Program-made: the position numbers and the translations under genes | Notes under the pieces: model-generated | Databases searched by the model: none | What the model saw: only the letters and a program-made list of their open reading frames with translations | Told to the model about the DNA's origin: nothing | Source: an uncultured Pseudomonadota bacterium | Lineage (GTDB): Bacteria > Oederibacteriota > Muellerivitia > Muellerivitales > Muellerivitaceae | Reading direction: 5' to 3' | Length of the DNA: 64,000 bases | Assembly (NCBI GenBank): GCA_963843375.1 | Contig: CAWJKT010000011.1 | Span: 384,001 to 448,000 of the forward strand | Part shown: one piece after another, positions 19,296-28,719 of the stretch | How positions within the stretch are numbered: the first letter of the stretch is position 1 | Layout: each line of letters begins with the position of its first letter

Positions 19296-19568
19296 ATGGA
19301 AATTACCAAGAAAGTCAAGATTCTCAACCGGCTAGGTTTTCATTTAAGGGCCGCCGCGCAGTTCGTTAAGACATCCTGCAAATTCAAATGCCGGATTATC
19401 GTGAAAAACCATATGGGTCTGGTGGATGGCAAGAGCCTGTTGAATCTGATGACTTTGGCGGCCAGTTACGGTTCCGAACTGACCATTGTATTCCAAGGCG
19501 AGGACGCCAGAGATGCCTGGAATGAAATTCAAACCCTCTTTCTGACAAAGTTCGGGGAAAAAGATTAA
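19296..19568 (+). CDS. ptsH: HPr family phosphocarrier protein
   Basis: N.LGFHLRAA (His15), DGKSLL (Ser46) and GEDA. Confidence 0.88.
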   Translation: MEITKKVKILNRLGFHLRAAAQFVKTSCKFKCRIIVKNHMGLVDGKSLLNLMTLAASYGSELTIVFQGEDARDAWNEIQTLFLTKFGEKD

Positions 19569-19590
19569 AAGATTCACAAACCGAGTCGTA

Positions 19591-19627
19591 AAGGCCTTCT
19601 TCCTCCGGGAAGGGGCCTTTTTTATTT
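19591..19627 (+). terminator. Intrinsic terminator between convergent ptsH and MFS genes
   Basis: AAGGCCTTCTTCC-TCC-GGGAAGGGGCCTT followed by a T-tract. Confidence 0.8.
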
Positions 19628-19665
19628 AGGGGAGGGTTTCGAATATCCTTCGAAAGGTCGGAAGT

Positions 19666-20853
19666 CTAAGAGGCTTGGCGGGATGCCGATCTCTTGACGA
19701 AAAACAGAAGAAGGGAAGCCAGGCCCGCGAAGGCGGCGCCAAGCTTGAAAGCCATGGGATAGCCCCATTGCTGGCCAACAAAACCAAAAAGCAGGCTGGC
19801 GGGCAGGGCCCCCAACCCCGTCACAAGATAGTAATAGCCGAAGGCCGTTCCCCGCAGGGTTTTGGGGGCCAAGTCCCCGATAAAGGCCTTCTCGGAGGGT
19901 TCGCAGAGGCCGTAATAAAGCCCATAAGCGAGGAAGACAAAGATCGCTGTTTCCTTCTGGGCCACCAGGCCAAAGGCCAAGTATATGAGGGCGTAGTAGA
20001 TCCATCCGGAGACAATAACCGGTTTTCGCCCGAAACGGTCGGATAGAGACCCCCCGGAGTAGGCAGAAAGCATCCGAACCCCCCCATGTAGGCCCCAAAG
20101 TATTGCGATCAACCAGGCGGAGACACCCAGTTGGGCCAGCCGGATCATCAAAAAAGCATCCGTGGAGTTACCCAAGGTGAATATAAGAAGGATTCCCAGC
20201 AAAAATTTAAAATCCCCGCCCAGTTTTCCCCAATCCCCCGCCAGGTTTAGGGCTTTTCGGGCTGGCGGTTTTTTTGAGGGCTTTTCCCCCACCCAGGCCA
20301 GGGTGAGCCAGGCCACCAAGCCCGGCACAATGGAAAGCAAAATAACATGTTCATAGGAAAATCCAATTATTGGAAGAAGGAGAATCCCGGCCAAAATGGG
20401 GCCCAACAATTGCCCCGCGTCGTCCATCGCGCTGTGGAAACCATAGGAAGCGCCCAGGTTCGAAGGTTTGGTCACATCGGCAATCAGGGCATCCTGCGGA
20501 GCGGACCGCAGGCCCTTTCCCATACGGTCCAAAAACCTGAAGAGAAGAACGGCTGGCCAGGTCTGGACGAGGGCAATCATTGGACGGAACAGTCCGGAGA
20601 TACCGTAACCCCAAAGAAGGAATGGTTTTTTGCGGCCCAGGCGGTCCGAACTGATCCCCGAGAAGACCTTCAGAACGGAGGAAGTGGCTTCCGCCACGCT
20701 TTCCACCAACCCCAGGGCCACCGGGCCCGCGCCCAGCACCAGGGTGAGGAACAAGGGGACTACGGGATAGATCATTTCTTTTGCCAAGTCGTTGAAAAGG
20801 CTTACGATCCCCAATTGGAAAACGGTTTTGGGTATGGATTTGAATAATTTCAT
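19666..20853 (-). CDS. MFS transporter
   Basis: About 12 hydrophobic segments; G.SSDRLGRK, DRMGKGLR.AP.DALIAD and SDRFGRK. Confidence 0.92.
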   Translation of the reverse strand: MKLFKSIPKTVFQLGIVSLFNDLAKEMIYPVVPLFLTLVLGAGPVALGLVESVAEATSSVLKVFSGISSDRLGRKKPFLLWGYGISGLFRPMIALVQTWPAVLLFRFLDRMGKGLRSAPQDALIADVTKPSNLGASYGFHSAMDDAGQLLGPILAGILLLPIIGFSYEHVILLSIVPGLVAWLTLAWVGEKPSKKPPARKALNLAGDWGKLGGDFKFLLGILLIFTLGNSTDAFLMIRLAQLGVSAWLIAILWGLHGGVRMLSAYSGGSLSDRFGRKPVIVSGWIYYALIYLAFGLVAQKETAIFVFLAYGLYYGLCEPSEKAFIGDLAPKTLRGTAFGYYYLVTGLGALPASLLFGFVGQQWGYPMAFKLGAAFAGLASLLLFFVKRSASRQAS

Positions 20854-21560
20854 CCGCTGATCAGTCTGGCCAGCCCAAAAGCGGCACCCGCTGCGGCGAT
20901 GCCGATCAGGGTGACAGTGGCGGCTCCCATCCAGGGGTTTTGACCTGTGAACTTGGCTTTAAAATAACCGAAGAGCATCAGGCATAGGACGGTGATGATG
21001 GAGGAATCGATAAGGCCCTGACGGGGAGTTGCGCAAAAAAAATAGGCTGAAAGGGGCACCAATCCGCCCAGTGCATAAGAAAGCCCGATGCGGATGGCGC
21101 TGTAGTAGGCCTGTTTCGGGTCCGGCTTTTGCAGGCCCAACTCGAAGCGCATCATGAAATCCACCCACTTTTTGTGGTCCCTTGCCAGTTCGTCGGCGAC
21201 CTTCTGCTGTACTTCCTCCGAAATGCCATAAGTCTCCAGGATATTCTTTATCTCGTCCTCTTCTTCCTTGGGGATTTCCCTCACTTCCCGTTCTTCTCGC
21301 CTTTTCTCGCCCTCATAATGCTCAATTTCGGTCTGGCCAGCCAGATAGCCGCCTAGCCCCATGGAGATCGTCCCGGCGATGATTTCGGCGAGTCCTCCGA
21401 TCAGGATGATGGAATTGTTCGAAACCGCTCCGCTTAACCCCGCCGCCAGGGCAAAGGGCACGGTCAGGCCGTCGGAAACGCCTACCACGATATCCCGGAT
21501 GGCCAGGGTGGAAAGTGAATGTCTTTCACCATGATGGTGGTGGGGGATGTAGGTCGCCAT
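20850..21560 (-). CDS. VIT1/CCC1 family Fe/Mn transporter
   Basis: RDIVVGVSDGLTVPFAL, AE..AG.ISMGLG.YL and MM.FELGL; His-rich N-terminus; overlaps the MFS start by 4 bp. Confidence 0.92.
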   Translation of the reverse strand: MATYIPHHHHGERHSLSTLAIRDIVVGVSDGLTVPFALAAGLSGAVSNNSIILIGGLAEIIAGTISMGLGGYLAGQTEIEHYEGEKRREEREVREIPKEEEDEIKNILETYGISEEVQQKVADELARDHKKWVDFMMRFELGLQKPDPKQAYYSAIRIGLSYALGGLVPLSAYFFCATPRQGLIDSSIITVLCLMLFGYFKAKFTGQNPWMGAATVTLIGIAAAGAAFGLARLISG

Positions 21561-21727
21561 AAATGCCTTCCGGCTAAAATGAAATGAAAAAGCCGACGGT
21601 GGTTCGAGGGCTTTTTGATCTTAAGGCACAGCGTGTCCCAACTCAAGGGTTCCGTTCAGAGGAGCCAACAGGCAGAATATTCCAATCCAGGCGGGAGCCC
21701 GCCTGGGGTTTTAATATAGAATAGGCC

Positions 21728-22980
21728 ATGCCTCCGAAAGACAAAGCCCCCCACGCCCCCGACCCCTACGCGGTTTTCCGCCATCCCAATTTCCGATCTT
21801 ACCTCCTGGGCAACTTTCTGGCGGAAGCAGGTGAGCAGATGATCCGGGTGGCAGTGGGGTATGAAATTTTCCAGCGAACCCATTCCCCGATGGCACTGGG
21901 CCTGATCGGCCTGGCCCTTTGGCTGCCCATCTTTTTTTTCATGCTTCCGGGAGGCGCGGTGGCGGACCGCTATAACCGCAAGGCCATTGTCCTGATTTCC
22001 ATCTTTTTTTCGCGATTTGGGCTCTGGGTTTAGGACTAGCCCCTTTGACTTCCTTTCCCATTCCCCTCATGTATGCCTTCTTGTTTCTCACTGGGCTCAC
22101 GAAGGCCTTTTGCGATCCGGCCTACCGGGCCTTTCTGCCACAACTGGTTCCGGAAAAACATTTCACCGATGCCGTCAACTGGGGAAGCAACCTCTTTCAG
22201 TTGGGAACGGTAGTCGGGCCGGCCCTGGGCGGCATGCTTTACGCACGGCTTGGATACTCCTGTGTTTGTTGGCTGGAGGGAGGAATGGAACTGGCTTTTT
22301 TCGGGGCGGTACTGGCCATCCGTCAATCCCCGACCAAGTTCAAGGGTCGGCCCGTGAGCCTTCAATCCATCCTTTCGGGCCTGCAATATGTCCGCAAAAA
22401 GAGTCTCATTCTGGCTACCATCACAATGGACCTCTTTGTGGTGCTTTTCGGAGGTGCCATGGCCATGCTGCCCGCTTATGCGGACGATATCTTGCATTGC
22501 GGAGCTGCGGGGATGGGCTGGCTTTACGCCGCCCCGCCCACGGGGGCCTTTCTCGCTTCCCTCGTCCTGGCCCACCGGCCTCCCTTAAAAAAAGCTGGCG
22601 CCACCCTGCTTTGGTCGGTCGCGGGTTTCGGCCTTGCCACCATCGGTTTTGGGTTCTCCCGGTGGTTTTGGCTGTCCTTCCTTATGTTGGCGGCGACGGG
22701 GGCCTTGGATATGGTCAGCGTACTGGTGCGTGGAACCTTGGTGCAGGTCTTGACCCCCGATGCCCTCCGGGGCCGAGTGAACGCCGTCACCTTGATTTTC
22801 ATTCACTCCTCCGGCGAATTGGGAAGTTTTGAATCGGGTGTGGCGGCGTCTCTTTTGGGGCTGGTGCCTTCAGTGGTCTTGGGTGGGGTGGGTAGCATCC
22901 TGGTGGTGCTAGCGGTACTTCGGATTTGGCCTGAGGTTGGGCGGTTAAAGTCACTTCAAGGAGCCCGAAACCCGGGCTGA
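21728..22980 (+). pseudogene. MFS transporter (EntS/DUF894-like), split by a frameshift near the T7 run at 22004-22010
   Basis: ORF 21728-22033 (G.VADRYNRK) plus ORF 22045-22980 (DLFVVLFGGA.A.LP, TPDALRGRV) make one 12-TM protein. Confidence 0.8.
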
Positions 22981-23197
22981 AATTCTTCACCCAGGTGAGT
23001 CCCAAGAGCGGGGAAATCTCTATTGGCGCCTTTTATTCTTCCAAATTAATTCACAATGCATAAAATTGTAAGAATAGCCGTCGAAAATATATCTTCAAAG
23101 TTTTTTTAAAAGATTTCTAAAAGGCTAGCCTAGTCCAAAGGGGTTAAAAGCACCCGGACTCATTTAACCGCGTGTTTCCGAAATAAAAGGTTAGACC

Positions 23198-23554
23198 ATG
23201 GTTCCTGCTAAATCGTTTAATTCGAACCAGAAAATTACCAGTTTTGCCCTGTTCTGGACCTATTACCTGGGGGAGCATTCCAAACCCTTAACCCGGTGGT
23301 TGCATCTGTTTGGAACCATGGCGGGGCTGCTGACTGCCATGGTTTCGCTTATCACGGGAAACTATGGGGGTCTTCTCGTCGCCTTAGGCCTGGGCTATGG
23401 TCTGGCATGGCTTTCCCATTTCCTCGTTAAAAAAAACAAACCCGCCACCTTGCGTTATCCCCTTTGGTCTTTATTAGCGGATTTCAAAATGGCGTCCCTG
23501 CTTTTGTTGGATTTGCGTCGCATGGCGGTGGGCAAAAAGCCAAATTTAAAATGA
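23198..23554 (+). CDS. DUF962 (Mpo1-like) membrane protein
   Basis: FW.YYL.EH, R.LH..G, AW.SH...K.NKPAT and SL..DFKM. Confidence 0.85.
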   Translation: MVPAKSFNSNQKITSFALFWTYYLGEHSKPLTRWLHLFGTMAGLLTAMVSLITGNYGGLLVALGLGYGLAWLSHFLVKKNKPATLRYPLWSLLADFKMASLLLLDLRRMAVGKKPNLK

Positions 23555-23737
23555 GTGGATAGGGAAAGAACGGGAAAAAGTGCATTTCCTTACCCAAAAT
23601 ATTTCGGGAAGAGGGGTTGTCAAAATGGAAGCCTGGGCACTTATAATCAGGGACGAATTTCCCGGCGGCTTGACTAAAAGTTTTTCCGGGAATTTGCGGA
23701 TTTGTTTTCGGATAAGAATACGAGGAGGTAAGAAAGT

Positions 23738-24280
23738 ATGGAAAAATTATTTTTGACTTTGCTTTTTTTTATTTCAACTGGGTTGGCCTGCGCGGATGAC
23801 ATGGCCGGTATGTCAACACCCACCATGGCATCAGCCTCGGTGGCGGCATCTACTCCCATCACGGCAGTGGCGGAGATGAGCCCTACCCAAGGAAATACGG
23901 TCCATGGTGAAATCAAGTTCATCCAGAAAAAGGGATATTTGCTGGTCAAAGCTAATATCGAAGGTCTGACCCCCGGCAAACACCCTTTTCACGTTCATGC
24001 GGTCGGCGACTGCTCCGCCACGGATGGCAGTTCGGCGGGGGGACATTTTAAACCCAGCCAAGCCCCAACCCCCGCGCCTGGCGCCAAGGCACTCGACTGG
24101 GCCGACTTGGGCAAGTTGAACGCCAACAGCAGTGGAACCGCCCATTACACCTTCAAGGATAAGGTTCTTCAATTGTCCGGGGCGGATTCCATCATCGGAA
24201 AGTCGGTCGTGATTCACGCGAGCGATTCCCCGGCGCGGATGGCCTGTGGCGTCATTCAAGCGGTGCAGGATAACAAATAA
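23738..24280 (+). CDS. sodC: Exported Cu/Zn-family superoxide dismutase, apparently lacking the Zn site
   Basis: Signal peptide; HPFHVH, GDCS, SAGGHF, DLG, IGKSVVIHA and RMACGVI. Confidence 0.88.
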   Translation: MEKLFLTLLFFISTGLACADDMAGMSTPTMASASVAASTPITAVAEMSPTQGNTVHGEIKFIQKKGYLLVKANIEGLTPGKHPFHVHAVGDCSATDGSSAGGHFKPSQAPTPAPGAKALDWADLGKLNANSSGTAHYTFKDKVLQLSGADSIIGKSVVIHASDSPARMACGVIQAVQDNK

Positions 24281-24310
24281 TCTTTCGGCGCCGTTTTAAA
24301 ACCAGGAAAC

Positions 24311-24721
24311 TTACATCATTTCAAAGCCCCTCAGCTTGAGGGGCTTTTTTTCGTTTTTATCGATGACCTCGGCTTTTTGCGGATGAATCAGGTTGTCGCC
24401 GTAGGGCTCGCCCGTGATTTCAACCTCTTTGCCAACGACTTCCGCGAAAGCTTTGGGTGGGAAAATTAAAACATACACCTTGTCCCCCACTAAGACTCCT
24501 GCGGGTTCACCCGACAACAGACAAGCTTTTCCACAACCTGCCATGCCGTCATGTTCATCGCCCGTTTGTCTTTCCTCAAAATAACAGGAGGTATCCACCA
24601 AAATTCCACGAACTGTAATAGTTTTTGTTTTTGACCCCTGGTTTTTATCCATGGTTTCATCCGCGAATGCGAAACTCGCCAAAAGGCTCCACAGTGCCAA
24701 TATCAAGAATGTGTTTTTCAA
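24311..24721 (-). CDS. Secreted Cys/His-containing hypothetical protein
   Basis: AGGAGG RBS before a TTG at 24721; signal peptide ending AFA; G.LVD..CY...H...C.KAC...G.P.G pattern. Confidence 0.7.
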   Translation of the reverse strand: MKNTFLILALWSLLASFAFADETMDKNQGSKTKTITVRGILVDTSCYFEERQTGDEHDGMAGCGKACLLSGEPAGVLVGDKVYVLIFPPKAFAEVVGKEVEITGEPYGDNLIHPQKAEVIDKNEKKPLKLRGFEMM

Positions 24722-24884
24722 AGCGCTCCTCCTTGGTTTGAATCCGGAATTCCCACATGAGCTTTCCTCAGGGTAGAATAGCGCCAAACCTGGAAAGCCG
24801 AAACTGTCTTTTGTCAAATACCCGATAAAGGATTTATGTGCCAAGCCATTCCAATGGATAGAATTTAAGACTCAGGAGGCACAG

Positions 24885-25748
24885 ATGAAAAGACGCTTAT
24901 GGACCCTGGGACTGACCATGGGGCTTATACTTTTCTCCACTTGGGCTTCGGGCGGGACGGTGAACACATGCGCCCGGTATCAAGCGGTGACGGTTGGGAA
25001 CTACATCGTCCAAACCGACTATTGGAACCAGGGACAGTGTCCCGGCACCCAGTGTGTGAGCATCGACGACCAGACCGGATCCTATACAGTGACGAAAGGC
25101 GATTACAAATGTTCCAACGACTACACCGTGGCGGCCTATCCTTCGATCATGTACGGAACCGCTTTCGGCAGTACCAGCCCCAACAGCGACCTGCCGGCAC
25201 CCTTGAGCGCCTTAAAATGCGTGAACAGCAGCTGGAGTTTCCAGGCCACCGATACGGGAGCCTGGGACGTAGCCTATGACATTTGGCTTTGCCCCGATAA
25301 CCAATGCGGGCCGGAAGGGTTCAAGGGCGGTGCCGAAATAATGATCTGGCTTGATTATCGCAATACCAACGGCTGGCAAACCGATATGGGGCCCGCGACC
25401 GTAAACGGCATGAACTGGGAGGTTTGGCGGTGGGATGTGGACGAGGGAGGTGGTCAACGCAACTACGTAGCTTATTTGGCGAAGACCTTCACGACCTCCA
25501 TCAAGGATTTTGATCTCAAAAAGTTTCTGGACGATTCCCGGGGTCGGGGTTATATCAAACCCTCCTGGTACCTTTACGCGGTGGAGGCTGGGATTGAGCT
25601 GCATTCGGGGGGCATCCCTTTCACTAGCAAGAACTTTTCGGTTTCCGTGAACAAAGATTGCGGGGCGAAACCCGTCTTTACCCCGCTTCCGGTCAAGCCG
25701 ACACCTACCCCGAATTTAACGCCTGAGGTGATTCCGCCCCCGCCCTAA
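24885..25748 (+). CDS. GH12 endoglucanase/xyloglucanase with Pro-rich tail
   Basis: Signal peptide; YPSI, WDVAYDIW, GAEIMIWL (nucleophile Glu) and AGIE (acid/base Glu). Confidence 0.9.
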   Translation: MKRRLWTLGLTMGLILFSTWASGGTVNTCARYQAVTVGNYIVQTDYWNQGQCPGTQCVSIDDQTGSYTVTKGDYKCSNDYTVAAYPSIMYGTAFGSTSPNSDLPAPLSALKCVNSSWSFQATDTGAWDVAYDIWLCPDNQCGPEGFKGGAEIMIWLDYRNTNGWQTDMGPATVNGMNWEVWRWDVDEGGGQRNYVAYLAKTFTTSIKDFDLKKFLDDSRGRGYIKPSWYLYAVEAGIELHSGGIPFTSKNFSVSVNKDCGAKPVFTPLPVKPTPTPNLTPEVIPPPP

Positions 25749-25860
25749 AAAAGGCCGGTTTTGGGAACGATTCAAAAAGCATCAGGGTTTATCTCAAAAA
25801 AACTGTTATAGTAGAGATAATCTTTTTGATGTAGCCATTTCGTTTCAGAGGTGAGGAAAA

Positions 25861-26211
25861 ATGATTAACCCAATCCATTCAAACAACACTAATAATTTGA
25901 ACCCAAATCCGCCTCTCCCTCCTGCGGCTAATCCAGAAGAAAACCCGAAACCCAAGAACCCCGCTTTCGATAATGTAGTTGACCAAACCAAAGCCCAGAG
26001 CCAAGGCCAAAAACCCAATAACGGCCCAATCAGCCAAAGCGTCAATCTCAATCCAACGAATTTTGCCAAAAACAAGGGCGGGATCAATCCGGTGGACCAC
26101 GCCCAACCCCAGGGGTTACCTGAAACTCCGAAAACGGTTTCTAATCCCACCCCGAAACCTACGACGAATAAGAATGAAAACCAAGGCTCGACCTTGGACG
26201 AACTGGCCTAA
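25861..26211 (+). CDS. Asn/Pro-rich low-complexity hypothetical protein
   Basis: GAGG RBS; 116-aa ORF ending GSTLDELA. Confidence 0.6.
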   Translation: MINPIHSNNTNNLNPNPPLPPAANPEENPKPKNPAFDNVVDQTKAQSQGQKPNNGPISQSVNLNPTNFAKNKGGINPVDHAQPQGLPETPKTVSNPTPKPTTNKNENQGSTLDELA

Positions 26212-26495
26212 GAACTCCTAATCAAAATCGATTGAACCACTTTGGCGGAAATGGCCCCATTTCCGGCTTTCATAATTCTTTCAATGTTTTTTTAAATCCT
26301 GGCAAATCGGCTTTGCTCTGCGGAATTGAAGCGATGGATCTGAACAAAAGGTCCCGGTAACACTTTTCCAATTCTGGGGCGTCTAAACTTTAACAGTTAT
26401 GAATTTCCCCTTTTCTGCCCTTCCGTTTATTCCGGGTTTTCAAGTTCCAGCCTGCTCCAACGCAAGAGCAAAACAAAGGGGGTAAAGGCTTTCTC

Positions 26496-26924
26496 ATGAA
26501 GAAGCAAAAGTGGTCGAAGGAAAGAATAGTTCAAAACATCCAGGAATTGCTAAGGCAAAATACCGACCTTTCTGCGGGATACGTTTCAAGGCATCACGTC
26601 CCCCTTTTTAGCGCCGCTATCAATAAGAATTATTTTTCGAGCTGGGGGAACGCGGTTAAGGCCGCCGGTATTGATTATGGCTCGATAATGAAAGCCGGAA
26701 AAGAACGCCGCCGCGACTTATTGACGAAATGGACTAAGGAAAAAGTATTAAAGGAAATCCGGCGCCCCGAAACCGAAACCCTGTTGAAAACCTATCGGGA
26801 TCAAATGGATCTTTATTCGGCGGCCCGAAGGAAATTTGGAAGCTGGGAAAAAGCCCTGAAGGCGGCCGGGTACCGCCTCGCTAAAGGTTCCCACAAAAAC
26901 TCAAACCGGATTTTTACTTCTTAA
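26496..26924 (+). CDS. Basic protein with two homing-endonuclease-associated-type repeats
   Basis: Two units: KWSKERI...YFSSWGNAVKAAG and KWTKEKV...KFGSWEKALKAAG. Confidence 0.7.
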   Translation: MKKQKWSKERIVQNIQELLRQNTDLSAGYVSRHHVPLFSAAINKNYFSSWGNAVKAAGIDYGSIMKAGKERRRDLLTKWTKEKVLKEIRRPETETLLKTYRDQMDLYSAARRKFGSWEKALKAAGYRLAKGSHKNSNRIFTS

Positions 26925-27085
26925 AAAACCAACGAAGAAATCTTTGGATAACCTCCGTCGAAAAAGTCCCGGCCTTCTGGGGCGTCCTTTCGTTTCCCCC
27001 TTTTCCCGCTTTTCAGTTTTACTTTGGCAAAATTGAAAAAGTGGGATAATGCGCCTATTTCTACCCTCTTCAAGGTTGGGCCGGA

Positions 27086-27913
27086 ATGAAAAGCGCCTTG
27101 ATCGGGTTTCTGGTTTTGATTTCTTGGCCGAAAGTCGTCCGCGGCCAAACCGCTTCGGACTATTACCATGAGGGATTGACGGAGTATCAGGCGGGGAACT
27201 GGATAAACTCCATTTCTTATTTAGAGGGGGCGATCCAACAAAATCCCAATTTTTGGCAAGCCTACCAACTCATCGGTTATTCCTATTATGGAATGAAAGA
27301 GATTGAAAAAAGCATCCATTGTTGCAAGGCGAGTCTCCATATTCACCCGGACAATCCCACTCTCCAGGGCTTTGTGGATAAATTAAGGGCCCGCAACGCA
27401 CAAAAGCGAAAGTTCACTCCCATTGAGATAAGGACGGCCGGGCCGGATACCAGGCCGTCCCAGGACTATTATTACAACGGAACCAAATTAGAAACCTTTG
27501 AGCAATTAAAGATCGTGATTGCTCCCATTCGGGACACTCAGGCAGTCCATTTTCTGAACGTCTCGGCAGATCAGGAATTAACCGGCATAATGATGATCGC
27601 AGGAGGGGCCGCCTTGTGTTTGGGAGTCGCCCTTTATGCGGTCCTGGCAACAGGATCTTTCCAGACCGAGGTCAGTCCTTTGGGGCAGGTCTATATCCTT
27701 CATTCCCCCGCCGACCTAATTCCAGACTGGGTTCTCGGGGGTACTGAGGCCCTTGCGGGCCCCATTGGAATCGTTCTGGAATTGGACGCAGGACAAAACC
27801 GTCAAAATGCCGTGCTGCGTTATAATTACCTGGTTGAGTCCGACTCAAATCTGTCCATGATCCCCTTGACTCATACCGCCTTACCAGGGTTGGAATTAAC
27901 CCAGAGGTTTTAA
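27086..27913 (+). CDS. Exported TPR-containing protein
   Basis: Signal-like N-terminus; TPR-like helices (NPNFWQAYQLIGYSYY, HPDN); internal hydrophobic segment; C-terminal Phe. Confidence 0.7.
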   Translation: MKSALIGFLVLISWPKVVRGQTASDYYHEGLTEYQAGNWINSISYLEGAIQQNPNFWQAYQLIGYSYYGMKEIEKSIHCCKASLHIHPDNPTLQGFVDKLRARNAQKRKFTPIEIRTAGPDTRPSQDYYYNGTKLETFEQLKIVIAPIRDTQAVHFLNVSADQELTGIMMIAGGAALCLGVALYAVLATGSFQTEVSPLGQVYILHSPADLIPDWVLGGTEALAGPIGIVLELDAGQNRQNAVLRYNYLVESDSNLSMIPLTHTALPGLELTQRF

Positions 27914-28166
27914 AACCAATGAATCACCTTTTGTAAATTCCAGGAAAAGATTCAATCCTGGAAGTTAGCTCTTTCCTTTAAGCCGGGGGAGGATGAAACT
28001 ATCCACTTGAGCTTTCTCCAACAGCCGATGTTAGTAGCGAGTTCCAGGCTTCACTGTCGCCGCTATTGCAAATAGGATCTTTTGGTTTTGGTGAATTTTA
28101 TAAAATAGCTTGTGGGTAAACAGTGATGGATGGGGATCCTTTGGATTGTCCTGACGGGGGAACAGC

Positions 28167-28334
28167 ATGTTCTGCAGGCGATGCAAGATCAAGATGAGGG
28201 AAAAGGCCCATTCGGCCCATAAAAAGAGAAAGTTCGTGTGCCCCCTTTGCGGCGGGGCCCGCATGATGGCTGGAAAAGAAAAAGCCGGTGACCGTCGGCG
28301 GGACCGGACGCAGGAAATGGGGCATGGGTGTTAA
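28167..28334 (+). CDS. Small basic zinc-ribbon protein (55 aa, not in the ORF track)
   Basis: Own translation MFCRRCKIKMREKAHSAHKKRKFVCPLCGGARMM...; two CxxC pairs; G-rich RBS. Confidence 0.6.
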   Translation: MFCRRCKIKMREKAHSAHKKRKFVCPLCGGARMMAGKEKAGDRRRDRTQEMGHGC

Positions 28335-28369
28335 ACAGTGCCTAGCCGACTATGACCCAGGAGGAGAAT

Positions 28370-28681
28370 ATGGCTTGGTATGTTTATGTCGCTTATTTTT
28401 TTGGCGGGGCTTTCCTTGGGAATTTCCTTCCGCATTTCGTTCATGGAGTTTCCGGGAAGAAGTTTCCGAGCCCTTTTTCCAAGCCTCCGGGGAAGGGATT
28501 ATCCTCACCTCTCGTCAATGTACTTTGGGGTTTGTTGAATCTCATTATCGCCTACTTTTTGATTTTCAAGGTGGGTGATTTTGACATTCGGCAGGTCGCC
28601 CAGGCGGGAACGGTCGGGTTGGGGATATTAACCATCGGCATTCAATTGGCGATAGTCTTTGGGCGCTTGAAACAAAAATAA
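28370..28681 (+). CDS. Small membrane protein, unknown function
   Basis: GAGGAG RBS; GAFL.N.LPHFV.G.SG..FP.PF..PPG.G.SS...NVLWG; three TM segments. Confidence 0.75.
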   Translation: MAWYVYVAYFFGGAFLGNFLPHFVHGVSGKKFPSPFSKPPGKGLSSPLVNVLWGLLNLIIAYFLIFKVGDFDIRQVAQAGTVGLGILTIGIQLAIVFGRLKQK

Positions 28682-28719
28682 AGAAAGGATTGAAGAGGCT
28701 TGGAATCCTCTTCCCATTC

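Noticed and set aside
21600..21612. GGTTCGA as a tRNA T-loop
   Set aside because: No cloverleaf or CCA end around it
26356..26387. ECF-type promoter GTAAC...CGTCTAA
   Set aside because: Spacer of 18 nt is long and there is no second instance to support it
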